IMG/VR virus record: IMGVR_UViG_3300009514_000374
Coordinates: 77,008 to 141,007 of that record
Length of the DNA: 64,000 nucleotides
DNA from: a virus
Strand: one strand, 5' to 3'
The notes under the pieces were generated by a model. It was not told the DNA's origin. It did not search any database and saw only the letters and a list, made by a program, of their open reading frames with translations. The position numbers and the translations under genes are program-made. Below, piece by piece: positions 9,981 to 19,900 of the stretch (position 1 is the stretch's first letter; each line of letters opens with the position of its first letter).

Positions 9981-11973
9981 GAAACGCCAAAAGCGGCGTC
10001 GAAAGACCGCTCCACGGCGCTATATCGCCGGATCGGGGGACATCCCCAAGAACGAGGACGCCCAAACGGTTGCCAGCGTGCCGGACAAGCATAAGCGGCC
10101 TCAGTTGTCGGTTGGCAAGCCGCAGCCGATCGTCCTTGGGTCGATGCGATCCAAGGTGGCGAATATCGGCGCAGGCGGATCGGGTTTCGGGGGCGGTGGG
10201 ATCGGAGGACCCGGATCGGGTAACACGGGTGCTTTCGGATCCGGGCTTGGTTCGGTTGGCGGCTCGGCGATCGGAAGCGGCGGGAATTTCTACTCGCCCG
10301 AGCTTTCGACCGATTTCCTTGAGCTACCGCAGAGCCTAGACGAGCAGCGTAACTACTTTCGGTTTTTCTACCGCGCTGACCCGTTCGTCGGGCAGGCGAT
10401 GGACATTCACCGCGAGCTTCCGCTGTCGAAGATCCGGCTTGGTCGCCCCGAGGCCAAGGACAAGGATCTTGCTCAGCAGTCGCTCGATTTCTGCAAGCGG
10501 TGGACGAAGATCGTTGGGCTGCTCCAACGGCTGTCGGAAGGGCTGCACGAGTACAACGTCATTGGCGAAACGCACTGGTTCATCGAGGACGACAACCCCG
10601 ATATGCCGGAGGACGTTCGATACGAGATCAAGAACATTCTCCACGAGGATGGCAACTTGGAGGAGACCAAGGAGCTTTGGCCGGACGCGGACGAGCGCGC
10701 CTCCGCGTGGATGAAAAAGAACTACAAGGGGTGGACGCAGGTTCGCATCCTTCCGCCTGAGCAGATTCACATGGACTCGTTCCCGATGTCGGACGAGATC
10801 CTGGTATCGCTCATTCCCGACTCCAAGACTAAGAGTGTGATCGAGCAGGCCGACCAGGGTGACCAGCGTGCGGTCAAGGTCATGGAGTCGATGCCGCCTG
10901 ACATCGTGATGGCGGTGCGGCACGGCGAGAACGTCCCGCTCAATACGGACCCAGACGCAGGGTCGTTCTACTACTACATGGCGAACAAGGTGAGCCAGTA
11001 CGAGCCGCGAGGGCACTCTCGGCTTGAACGGTGTATCCGTACCCTCGTCTACAAGGACAAGCTGCGCCAGGCGCAGACCTCCATCTCGTCGCGGCACATG
11101 ACGCCTATCCGGCTCGTGTACGCCGAGAACATGAACGAAGCGGACACCGAGGCGCTGCGTGATCAGATCGACCTCGCGCTCCAAGACCCCGACTACTCGA
11201 TCGTCACCAACTTTCAGGTGACGTGGGAGGAAATGACGCCGCAAGGGCGTCTGCTGGAGCTTTCGTCCGAGTACGACCTGATCAACCGGGAGCTTTATGC
11301 GGGTCTTGGAGTGACAGAGAGCCTGCTCTCAGGTGAGTCGAGCTACAGCGGCGATCGGATCAACCTGGAGGTGATCAACGTCCGCTACATGCTCGTCCGT
11401 GAGTTCCTACAGGATTTCGTGGAGAAGAACCTGTTTGAGCCGATGTGTCGGCGCATGGGGTTCATCGAGACGGACGATTGGGGCAACGATGTCGTCGTTT
11501 GCCCGAAGCTCTCGTTCACGAGGCTGGCCCTCCGCGACAACCAGGACGTGTACGACGCCCTGTTCAACCTCTACCAGAAGGGCTCGTTGCCGATTAGCGT
11601 GATCTACGACCTGCTCAACGTGGATGGGGAGGGTGCGACCGAGGAATTGCAACGCGATTTCGCCACGTTCAAGGACCCCACCTACAACGAGGTACTGCGT
11701 GGCCTGTACTCGCAGGCGGGGACCAAGCTCGGCGACCAGTCGAATTTCGTGGAGAAGCAGGCCGAATACCTCGGACTGGACTACAAAGAGGAAGCCGAGG
11801 GGATGCAGCGGTTCGGATCGCAACAGGCGCCCTCGCAGCCCCAAGGTCAGCCCGCCGGGATGGACGTGTTGGCTTCTCTCGTGGCTGAGCGGATCGCCGG
11901 CCAGGTCGCCGATTTGGTCGCCGACAAGATCGTGGAAAAGCTACAAAAGCGGTCTCCTGAGAGCACCGAGTAG
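9973..11973 (+). CDS. Portal protein
   Basis: 666 aa downstream of terL; FYRADPFVGQAMDIH, EYNVIGE, RGHSRLERCIRTL, LGVTESLLSG and FEPMC segments follow the portal-family order. Confidence 0.85.
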   Translation: MAKKRQKRRRKTAPRRYIAGSGDIPKNEDAQTVASVPDKHKRPQLSVGKPQPIVLGSMRSKVANIGAGGSGFGGGGIGGPGSGNTGAFGSGLGSVGGSAIGSGGNFYSPELSTDFLELPQSLDEQRNYFRFFYRADPFVGQAMDIHRELPLSKIRLGRPEAKDKDLAQQSLDFCKRWTKIVGLLQRLSEGLHEYNVIGETHWFIEDDNPDMPEDVRYEIKNILHEDGNLEETKELWPDADERASAWMKKNYKGWTQVRILPPEQIHMDSFPMSDEILVSLIPDSKTKSVIEQADQGDQRAVKVMESMPPDIVMAVRHGENVPLNTDPDAGSFYYYMANKVSQYEPRGHSRLERCIRTLVYKDKLRQAQTSISSRHMTPIRLVYAENMNEADTEALRDQIDLALQDPDYSIVTNFQVTWEEMTPQGRLLELSSEYDLINRELYAGLGVTESLLSGESSYSGDRINLEVINVRYMLVREFLQDFVEKNLFEPMCRRMGFIETDDWGNDVVVCPKLSFTRLALRDNQDVYDALFNLYQKGSLPISVIYDLLNVDGEGATEELQRDFATFKDPTYNEVLRGLYSQAGTKLGDQSNFVEKQAEYLGLDYKEEAEGMQRFGSQQAPSQPQGQPAGMDVLASLVAERIAGQVADLVADKIVEKLQKRSPESTE

Positions 11974-12023
11974 TCCCTTCGTAATCCGCTATTCGGGCTA
12001 TGGGCGTGCCTCTAGCGAAGGCT

Positions 12024-15000
12024 ATGGCCCACAAGCCCACAAAGGCGCGGACAGCGTACACCGTCGAACCCACTGAGGGTGGCGTTGTGATCTGGCCCGA
12101 GAATCGGATCGAGCAGGCGTTTATCGACACGTTTGCCGCTCGGGTTGCGGGTCAGAGGCTTGGCGTGGCGAAGGGTCACAATATCGACCTGTCCGAAGAT
12201 CCAATTCACCCGGACGAGGACGACGAGGACGAGTGGAAGGTGGACGAGGAACCGATGTCCATGGGGCATTCGGAGCTTCCCGGCGCCGAGGGCCGGACGG
12301 CGCGGGACTGGACCGCGCCAGGCAGAATCCTCGGCTTTAAGATCCGGTACGACGCCGAAAATGTAATGAGCCACCATCCCATCGTGATGGCCTTCGACGG
12401 GGAGACGGAGATTGGTTTCGTTGAGTTGGTCATGCTCGATGACCCTCCCTCTCATTGCGAGGACGAGTGGACTGAGGTTAGGGACGAGTTGGAACGACGG
12501 GGTGCCCTTGGTGTCTACACCTACGCGGTAGTGGAGTCCTGGCTGGCGGACGAGTATCACCACAACCGTATCGGGGTGGGGATGTACGAGGCGGCGATGG
12601 CTGCTCTGTCAGACCCCCAGGAGCCAGTCATCCTGGTTGCGAGTCGGTGCAGAGGCGGCCCTACGAGCCATCAAGCGAGTCGTGTGTGGGAGTCCATGGC
12701 GCGTCGCTACGTGTCCTCGGGACAGGTTGTTTCGTCCGTTCCCAAGGCCAAAGCTCGGGTGGCGAATGTGGCTCGCCGCTTCATGGCGAAGGCGACGGGC
12801 ACCCGTGCCGGCGACGGCTCCAGCGTGGGGTTGTTCATCCGCCTGCCGAAGCACCTGGCGACGCAATTCCCTGGCCTCGGAGAGAACGACTCGTCTCCAA
12901 GCCACGTCACGTTTCTCTACATCGGGGATTTCAAGGACAAGGACGAGCAGGCCCGGTTGGTCGTCACTCTGCGCGACATCCTTCGACGCTGGTGGCCCAA
13001 GTGTAAGGCAAGCCTCGGTGACCTGGAGTATTTCGACCACCCCGACAAGAACCGCCGCGTCCCGCATGTGTCCGTCGATTTCGACAAGGATCTGTCGGGG
13101 TTCAAGCAGCGGGTCATGCAGGAGCTTCGGGACGAGGGCTTTGAGGTCGGTGACAAGTTCCCCGAGTTCAAGCCACACGTCACGCTCGCGTACATGCCAG
13201 GCATGGACGGGGAGTGGGACAAGCCCGTGCCAGAAGGCTCGTGGGATGTCACTGAGATGGAGATATGGGGGATGCCCCGCGTACACACGATTCCAATTGG
13301 CAAAGCGTCGAGTCAACGAGTGGCTTCTTTGTGGCTTGAGGGGAGCACCCACGCGAAATCGGTTGCTTTGATGCGGTTCCTGTCCCGATTGGCTCAGCGT
13401 CTCGGGGTTGCCCGTCACACCTACGTCGTTGGCGGGGCCATTCGGAATTTCCTGATCGAGCAACCGATCAAGGACATCGACGTAGTGATCGACTCGGTTG
13501 CTGCGGGCAAGGATTCCGAGTGGTTTGCCGAGCAGGTTGCGCGTGCCATTCCGGCGCCAACAAACCTGACGACGAACCAGTACGGCGTTGCCATCCTGAC
13601 CGTGAAGGGGGATTGGGATCTGGACGGCGAAAGCCTCAAGGGCGAGGTGATCGAAATCGCCAACGCTCGCAAGGAGAGCTACGGCGGTGCGGAGGGTAAG
13701 GGCTACAAACCACACATGGTTGAGCCGACAACCATTGACGAGGATGTCTACCGGCGCGAATTCACGTTCAACTGCATGGGAGGGGATACTCTGATTCCCA
13801 CCAAGCGGGGTATCCTTCGCATTGATGAGATCGCGTCTCGTGAGAACGGGGACCGGCAAGATATTCATTTGACAGTGGCGGGACAGGACGGTCCTTCGGA
13901 GGCTGTGGGATGGCAGTACAGCGGGTACGCGCCGACTCTGCGGGTGACCTCCGAGTGGGGACACACCTTCACCTGCACCCACCACCACCCCGTTCTGGTT
14001 CTGCGGGGGCATGACCATGAGTGGGTTCAGGCAGATCAGCTTGCAGAGGGCGACCTGCTTTGCGTGCCCGTGCGGCAGGTGTCGAGGCGAGACCCTCTCG
14101 CTTTGGATTTGCCTGACCCGGTGCAGCCCAAGAGGGGCAGGCTCAAGGGTGCTCGGAAGCCTGAGATAATGACGCCGGAGTTGGCGTTTTTGATCGGGTG
14201 TGTGGTGGCAGAGGGTTCCAACACCCACAAGCGGGTGTCTTTCAGTAACTCCGACCCCAATCTCATTTCCCGCTACGCCGAGTGCTTCCACGCCACTTTT
14301 GGATTTCTCCCCTCCCGTAATAAGGTGGTGAGCAAAGGCTCTGTCCGTGTCCTACGGGGGGTGGAATTTGTCGCCAACCATGACGGCTACGACATTTACG
14401 CCGACAGTAAAGCAGTGGTGGGCTGGTTGGAAGACCTCGGCTTGTACTGCGGAGGCTCCAAGGACGGGAAATCCGCTTCCCATCACAAGGTTGTTCCGTG
14501 GTCGATCCTACAAGCGGACGCGCGTAGCCAGTGGGCGTTTCTTGCGGCTTATCTTGAAGGGGACGGATCTATCCGGCCGGATACCGGGCGCATCACATAC
14601 TGTTCGGCCTCCCCGAAAGTGCGTCAACAGTTGCAGGTGCTCCTGGGAGCGCACGGCATCTTGAGCAAGGTGAAGGATAGGTTTGTCTACCTTAGCGCCG
14701 TGGATTCGGCTCTCTTGTGGGAGAAGGTTCGCCCGTGGATGGTTACCAAGGGGTTCGACTACACGCGAGACAGCAAGTCCCGTAACCGTTACGGAATTCC
14801 CGCAGATCACATCCGGGGGTTTCTTGCGGGCCGTAAACAAGCTCGTTCCGTGTACGCCACGGACGAGGGCGGGCTCCGGTCCCTTCCAGACGCTCACGAG
14901 CCTGTCCGTAAGGTTCAGCGGCTTCTACACGACGCCTACGCTCGGGGAGATTTCGACGGGCTCCTGTCGAGTCTCAAGATCATTAGCGGAGACGAACACG

Positions 15001-15881
15001 CCAAGCTACAGCGGTTGTTTGACCTGGGCTACCAGTATGTCGAGGTTGCGTCAGTTGAAGATGCTGGAGATCAGGACGTATTCGACATTTCGATGGGTGA
15101 GGGGGTAGAGCCCGCTTTTGTGGCGAACGGTGTGGTGGTTCACAACACGCTCATGTGGCGGTTGCTGGACCTGACCCACGGACCCGAGAAGGCCGAGGTA
15201 ATCGACCTGACCGGCTGTGGTCGCCGGGATCTGGAGCAGGGCGTTCTCAAATGCCCGCGTGACCCCGACATCGTGTTCGCGGACGACGCGACTCGTATCC
15301 TTCGGGCGATCAAATTCACCGGCAAGTACGGATTCAAGATCCCGCCTGACCTGGCCGCCGCGATCAAGCGCAACGCTCCGAAGATGAAGCAGATGCCCTA
15401 CGAGGCGTTGAAAGACATCCTCGTGGATAACATCTTGCCCGAGCCGACCGCTCGCAAATCGCTCCAGCAGATGAAGGATCTCGGCATCCTCGATGTGCTG
15501 CACGACATGATTCAGGAGCAGAAGCCGTTTGCTTCGGCCATCGCCAAGGTGCTCGGTCGGGAGCGTCGGGTTCAGGTTCTACTCGACTGGCTGCATCTTG
15601 GCCTGCCCGCCAAGACCCCGCTGCATTTCCTTGGGGCGCATGAGCGAGTCCGAGTCCGCGAGATCACGGTTCCGATGGACGAGGACAAGGCGACTGATTG
15701 GATGCACCGGCTGATCAAGCCTCCGGTCAACAATAACGAGGTCATCGAAGCTCACTCGCTCGTTGGGCGGGACCGCGCGATGATCATGCCGCTTGCTCGC
15801 AAGCTGATTCTCGTAGACCCCGACCTCGCCTACGACGGCCGCGCCCTGACGCGCGAGGTGATTGAAAGGTGGGTGCGGTGA
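12024..15881 (+). CDS. Polyprotein: GNAT-like + 2H phosphoesterase + class II CCA/poly(A)-polymerase nucleotidyltransferase (intein-containing)
   Basis: GNAT-like WLADEYHHNRIGVGMY; two HVT motifs (12903, 13176); YVVGGAIRN, KDIDV, EDVYRREFTFN, DATRILRAIKF. Start is 12024 (GAAGG RBS) or 12000. Confidence 0.85.
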   Translation: MAHKPTKARTAYTVEPTEGGVVIWPENRIEQAFIDTFAARVAGQRLGVAKGHNIDLSEDPIHPDEDDEDEWKVDEEPMSMGHSELPGAEGRTARDWTAPGRILGFKIRYDAENVMSHHPIVMAFDGETEIGFVELVMLDDPPSHCEDEWTEVRDELERRGALGVYTYAVVESWLADEYHHNRIGVGMYEAAMAALSDPQEPVILVASRCRGGPTSHQASRVWESMARRYVSSGQVVSSVPKAKARVANVARRFMAKATGTRAGDGSSVGLFIRLPKHLATQFPGLGENDSSPSHVTFLYIGDFKDKDEQARLVVTLRDILRRWWPKCKASLGDLEYFDHPDKNRRVPHVSVDFDKDLSGFKQRVMQELRDEGFEVGDKFPEFKPHVTLAYMPGMDGEWDKPVPEGSWDVTEMEIWGMPRVHTIPIGKASSQRVASLWLEGSTHAKSVALMRFLSRLAQRLGVARHTYVVGGAIRNFLIEQPIKDIDVVIDSVAAGKDSEWFAEQVARAIPAPTNLTTNQYGVAILTVKGDWDLDGESLKGEVIEIANARKESYGGAEGKGYKPHMVEPTTIDEDVYRREFTFNCMGGDTLIPTKRGILRIDEIASRENGDRQDIHLTVAGQDGPSEAVGWQYSGYAPTLRVTSEWGHTFTCTHHHPVLVLRGHDHEWVQADQLAEGDLLCVPVRQVSRRDPLALDLPDPVQPKRGRLKGARKPEIMTPELAFLIGCVVAEGSNTHKRVSFSNSDPNLISRYAECFHATFGFLPSRNKVVSKGSVRVLRGVEFVANHDGYDIYADSKAVVGWLEDLGLYCGGSKDGKSASHHKVVPWSILQADARSQWAFLAAYLEGDGSIRPDTGRITYCSASPKVRQQLQVLLGAHGILSKVKDRFVYLSAVDSALLWEKVRPWMVTKGFDYTRDSKSRNRYGIPADHIRGFLAGRKQARSVYATDEGGLRSLPDAHEPVRKVQRLLHDAYARGDFDGLLSSLKIISGDEHAKLQRLFDLGYQYVEVASVEDAGDQDVFDISMGEGVEPAFVANGVVVHNTLMWRLLDLTHGPEKAEVIDLTGCGRRDLEQGVLKCPRDPDIVFADDATRILRAIKFTGKYGFKIPPDLAAAIKRNAPKMKQMPYEALKDILVDNILPEPTARKSLQQMKDLGILDVLHDMIQEQKPFASAIAKVLGRERRVQVLLDWLHLGLPAKTPLHFLGAHERVRVREITVPMDEDKATDWMHRLIKPPVNNNEVIEAHSLVGRDRAMIMPLARKLILVDPDLAYDGRALTREVIERWVR
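13773..15146 (+). mobile_element. Intein with LAGLIDADG homing endonuclease (458 aa)
   Basis: Begins CMGGDTLIPT; block B TCTHHHPVL; endonuclease blocks LIGCVVAEG and FLAAYLEGDG; ends FVANGVVVHN followed by Thr+1. Confidence 0.93.
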
Positions 15882-16963
15882 AGCCATCGGCAAACCGCGT
15901 CGCGTCGCTCCACCGCGCTGGCTATTTCAGCGTCGGCGACCTGATCTTGTTTGGAAAGTACAAGAACAAGAAGGGCAAGATCGTCGGGTTTGGCCGCACG
16001 GAAAAGAACGTGCCTACGGTCATTGTCGAACCCATCCCCAAGGGCCGCAAAAAGAACAAGGAGATCGGCCTGTTCAAGATCTGGCATGGCGTGCCTGAGA
16101 AGCGTGCGATGACGATGGAGGCTCGTGTAGCTCACCGCTATGCTTTTGAGCACCCAAGCGAGAAGGCTCGCCAGCAGTACCTCAAAGATCACCCCGGAGC
16201 CGATCCTAAGAAGCACCATGTCAAGGGGCCGTCGAAGCCGAGCAAGGTCAAGAGTCTCGTAGATCGGGCGCTCGCCAAGGTGAAGGGCGCGAAGGACCAC
16301 ATGGTCGCTGCGGTTCGTGCGGCCCCGGCCGAGGTTCACTCGTTCCTGTTCGACAAGGCCCATCGGAACAAGCGGACCAAGGAGCTTGCCGCGAAGCTCA
16401 AGGAGAACGCACCCAAGGCTAAGAAGGCTCTGTTCAGCGCCCTCAAGCGCGAGCTTTCGTCGTTCCCGAAAGCGGGGGCCATCCTCAAGCGGGTCGCAAC
16501 GGGAGGCAAGCTCCAAAAGGGCGATGTCAAGACCCTCTATGGTGTCGGCGTCTACATCGCGGGCACTGTTCTTGGCGCGATGTCGGGAGGGGCTGCGGGC
16601 GCGGCTTTGTTTGGGGCCTCCAAGGCGCTCCTGCACAGCCTCAGTTTGCACGCTTCGATCAAGGCAGTCAGCCATCTCGCCGACGAGGGGTTCCTTGGCT
16701 ACGAGGCGGTGGAGAGTGGCGCGATGGCGACGGGCCTGGCCGATGCGTTGCCGGTGAACACGAGTGACCTGCCTGGCTTGGGCAAGGTGTTTGACGTGCT
16801 CAAAGAGGTGGTCACAGCAGCCGACGAGAAGGACGACGAATACCTGCGCAAGTTTGTTGAGGCCATGTACGACGACATTGTGAAGCAACTGGAGCAGGGC
16901 ATCAGCGACGCTGACATTCGGGACGTTCTCGTTCACGGGGTTCAGCCAAAGGGGGCCGCATGA
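15878..16963 (+). CDS. Hypothetical head-associated protein (SH3-like N-terminus, hydrophobic helices)
   Basis: GTG overlaps the upstream TGA; FSVGDLILFGKYKNKKGKIVGFG; two R-V-A motifs. Confidence 0.6.
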   Translation: MKPSANRVASLHRAGYFSVGDLILFGKYKNKKGKIVGFGRTEKNVPTVIVEPIPKGRKKNKEIGLFKIWHGVPEKRAMTMEARVAHRYAFEHPSEKARQQYLKDHPGADPKKHHVKGPSKPSKVKSLVDRALAKVKGAKDHMVAAVRAAPAEVHSFLFDKAHRNKRTKELAAKLKENAPKAKKALFSALKRELSSFPKAGAILKRVATGGKLQKGDVKTLYGVGVYIAGTVLGAMSGGAAGAALFGASKALLHSLSLHASIKAVSHLADEGFLGYEAVESGAMATGLADALPVNTSDLPGLGKVFDVLKEVVTAADEKDDEYLRKFVEAMYDDIVKQLEQGISDADIRDVLVHGVQPKGAA

Positions 16964-19900
16964 GCGCAGCACGCATCGCCGCCCTTCACATGGCGAAGGC
17001 CAGGTACAAGGACAAAAAGGTCGTCAAGGACTCGGACGGGAAGGATATGACCGTGTACGAGTACAGTGACCGCCAGGTTTCCAAGCGGAACAACGACAAG
17101 GCCGATCGTGTGCAGAAGCTCCGGTCCCTTCGATCCGATCTCGTGAAGCGGGTCAAGAAGGACTACAAGGCCAAGGATCTCAAGACGCGGCTCACGGCGT
17201 TGGCCGTGGGTTTGATCGACCATACCTACGAGCGTGTTGGCAACGACGAGAGTGCGGGCGAAGGCCACTTTGGCGTGACCGGCTGGCTCGTCAAGCATGT
17301 CTCGTTCTCGGGCGGCAAGGCGACGATCCGGTACGTCGGTAAGAGTGCAGTCAAGCAGACCAAGGTCGTGACTGATCCGGGGGCGGTCAAGCTGCTCAAA
17401 GAAGCGGTCAAGGGCAAGAGCCCCGGCGATCAGATCTTCACCTGCGACGACGCGGGCGAGAAGGTGTGCGTGACCTCGGCCGAGGTCAATGCCTACCTGC
17501 CGGAAGGGATCACGGCAAAGGATCTACGAGGGCTTCACGCGAACGAGGAAATGCTCGTCAAGCTCAAGGCGCAGCGTAAGGGTCCGCTCCCGAGTGACAA
17601 GAAAAAGCGCGAAAAGAAGCTCAAGGACGAATTCAAGCGGGCGCTGGAGGAAACGGCCAAGGTGGTCGGCCACGAGCCGAGCACGCTCCGTAGCCAGTAC
17701 CTCGTCCCTGCGATGGAGGACGCCTACATGAAGGACGGCACGGTGATCGACAAGCTCAACGAAAAACGCTCGTCGCTGGAGGCCGCGTGGGATCACTTGG
17801 CGACCAAGACGGACGAGGAAAAGAAGGACGAGGACGCTGATAAGAACGTCCGCAAGGACCCGAAAAAGAAGCCTCCGCGCTACGACCTCCGTGACAACAA
17901 GATTCACGATCCTGATCTCAATGGGGATCCCGACATGAAGGACGAGGCCAAGGCCGACAAGGACCCTGATCTCTCCCTCAACTACAAGCGAGTTGCGCGA
18001 CGGTTCTTTGCGCGCAAGACCTCACCTACGGAATCCGGCGCCAAGGCGCTGTGGGAGCGGCACAAGCAAAAGAGCCCCGGCACCAAGCTCAATTGGCAGG
18101 ATTTCTTTGAGCGCAAGGACAAGGGCACCATCCAAGAGGTTCGGGACGCGATCAAGCCCAAGGACAAGCCCAAAGACGAGCCCGCGAAGCCCAAGAAGCC
18201 CAAGGCCCCGGAGGACGAGGGCGAGGCTAAGGAGAAGCCCGAGGACGAGGACAAGGCCAAGAAGAAGCCCGCCGAAGGCGAGGCGCCCACTGAGGATCCG
18301 CAGGCTGAGCAAGCCGCCAAGGAGAAGGAGCACAAGGAGCGTGTTCAGAGTGCCGTGACCGATTCGGCGCAGGCATACGACTCCGTGTTCGGCGGAGGCC
18401 GTGTCCAGGTTCCCCGCGAGGTAAGCCGATACCTTCCCCAAGCCCTCTCCAACATGACGCCGGAGCAGGTCGAGAGTTTCAACCAGGCCACGCAACAGCG
18501 CGCTCAGGCGATGCAGAACGAGGGTTTGCGTGGTGAAAATGTGGTCGAACGGGCTGAACGGACGCTGGATGACTACAGCGACGAGCAGATCGAGAACATC
18601 TCTGATCCAGCACGGCTGGCACAGGTAGTTGCTGATCTTACGTTCTCCGAGCACGTCCTGTCCCTCGACAAGAAGCGGCAAAAAGGCGTGAAGCGGGCGC
18701 TTAGCAAAGCGTTCGACCAGATCGAGAAGCAGTTGCAAAAGGAAACCAAGGACGGGCGGTACCGCCTGCCTTCGGAAATTCGACGCACGATCTCAGACCA
18801 GATGGGGAGCTTGGAGCCCGATCAGATCCAACAGTTCGTCCAGGGCGTGACGGAAAACCTGGCGGACAATGCGACCAAGTACGACGACAGCGATGAATCT
18901 GTCGAGCGCGCCCAAGGTGATCTTGAGGAATTCTCCGAGCTAATCGAGGGAGTTTCGGATCCGAATGTGATGGCGCAAGAGGTCGCTTCGCAGATTCGCG
19001 CGAAGCGGGTCGTAGAGAAGCACAAGCTCAAGCAAGGCGACCGCAAGCGGGCGATGCGGAAGGTGAACCAGGCGCTTGCACGCTCTATGGGCGTTCTCGT
19101 GTCTGAGCTTCCCCGTGACCTGAGAGGCAAGCTCGATGCGGCCATGGAGCACATGGACCCCTCGGATGTTCTGTCCGTGTCCGAGGCCGTGACCGACGAG
19201 GCAGGCAAGCTCATGGCTCGGTACGGGGAGAACCCCGAGGATCCGGGCCTGCTTGCAGAGGCCGTGCAGATGGCGTCCGTGGACAAGCTCAACACCACTG
19301 ACCCTCGGACGCTCGCGCAACAGGCGGCTTTGCTGCTCATGGCTCACGGGAAGCTGGCGAGCCCGTTTGAGGTTGGCGGGACCGAGGTTAGCAACGTCCA
19401 AAAATCCCCCGAGGAATTGAAAGCTCGCGGGCAGGCTGCGTTCGACAAATTCGCTGCGCTACCGCAGGAGCTTCGGGACACCGCTGCCAAGGATCTGCAT
19501 CGCCGGATCAAGGCCACGAAAAAGGACACCCCCGAGCACGCTGAGTTGAATCGGATCTTGGATGGCCTTGCTCTCGCGGCTTGGACTGATCCTGAGAACG
19601 AGAGAATTCCCTCGATCCCCGGCCGCGCCACGAGCGCAAGGTTTGTCGAGATCGCTAAGGCGATGCGGGCAGACGGCAAGATCCATGAATTGCTCGACGC
19701 GGCCACGGACCAAAATTCGTCGGCAGCGATCGGATCCATGCGTGACGCCATGGCGCGCATGAGCGACGACTCCCTGATCCGGGCCATGAAGGACAGCCAG
19801 CCGGAGCTTGCGAAAGCCCTGGAGGACTCCATGGCGGGTGGCATCGAGGCCCAATACCTCACGTCCGAAAAGACCGAAATCCTCCGTGACGTGATGCGGG

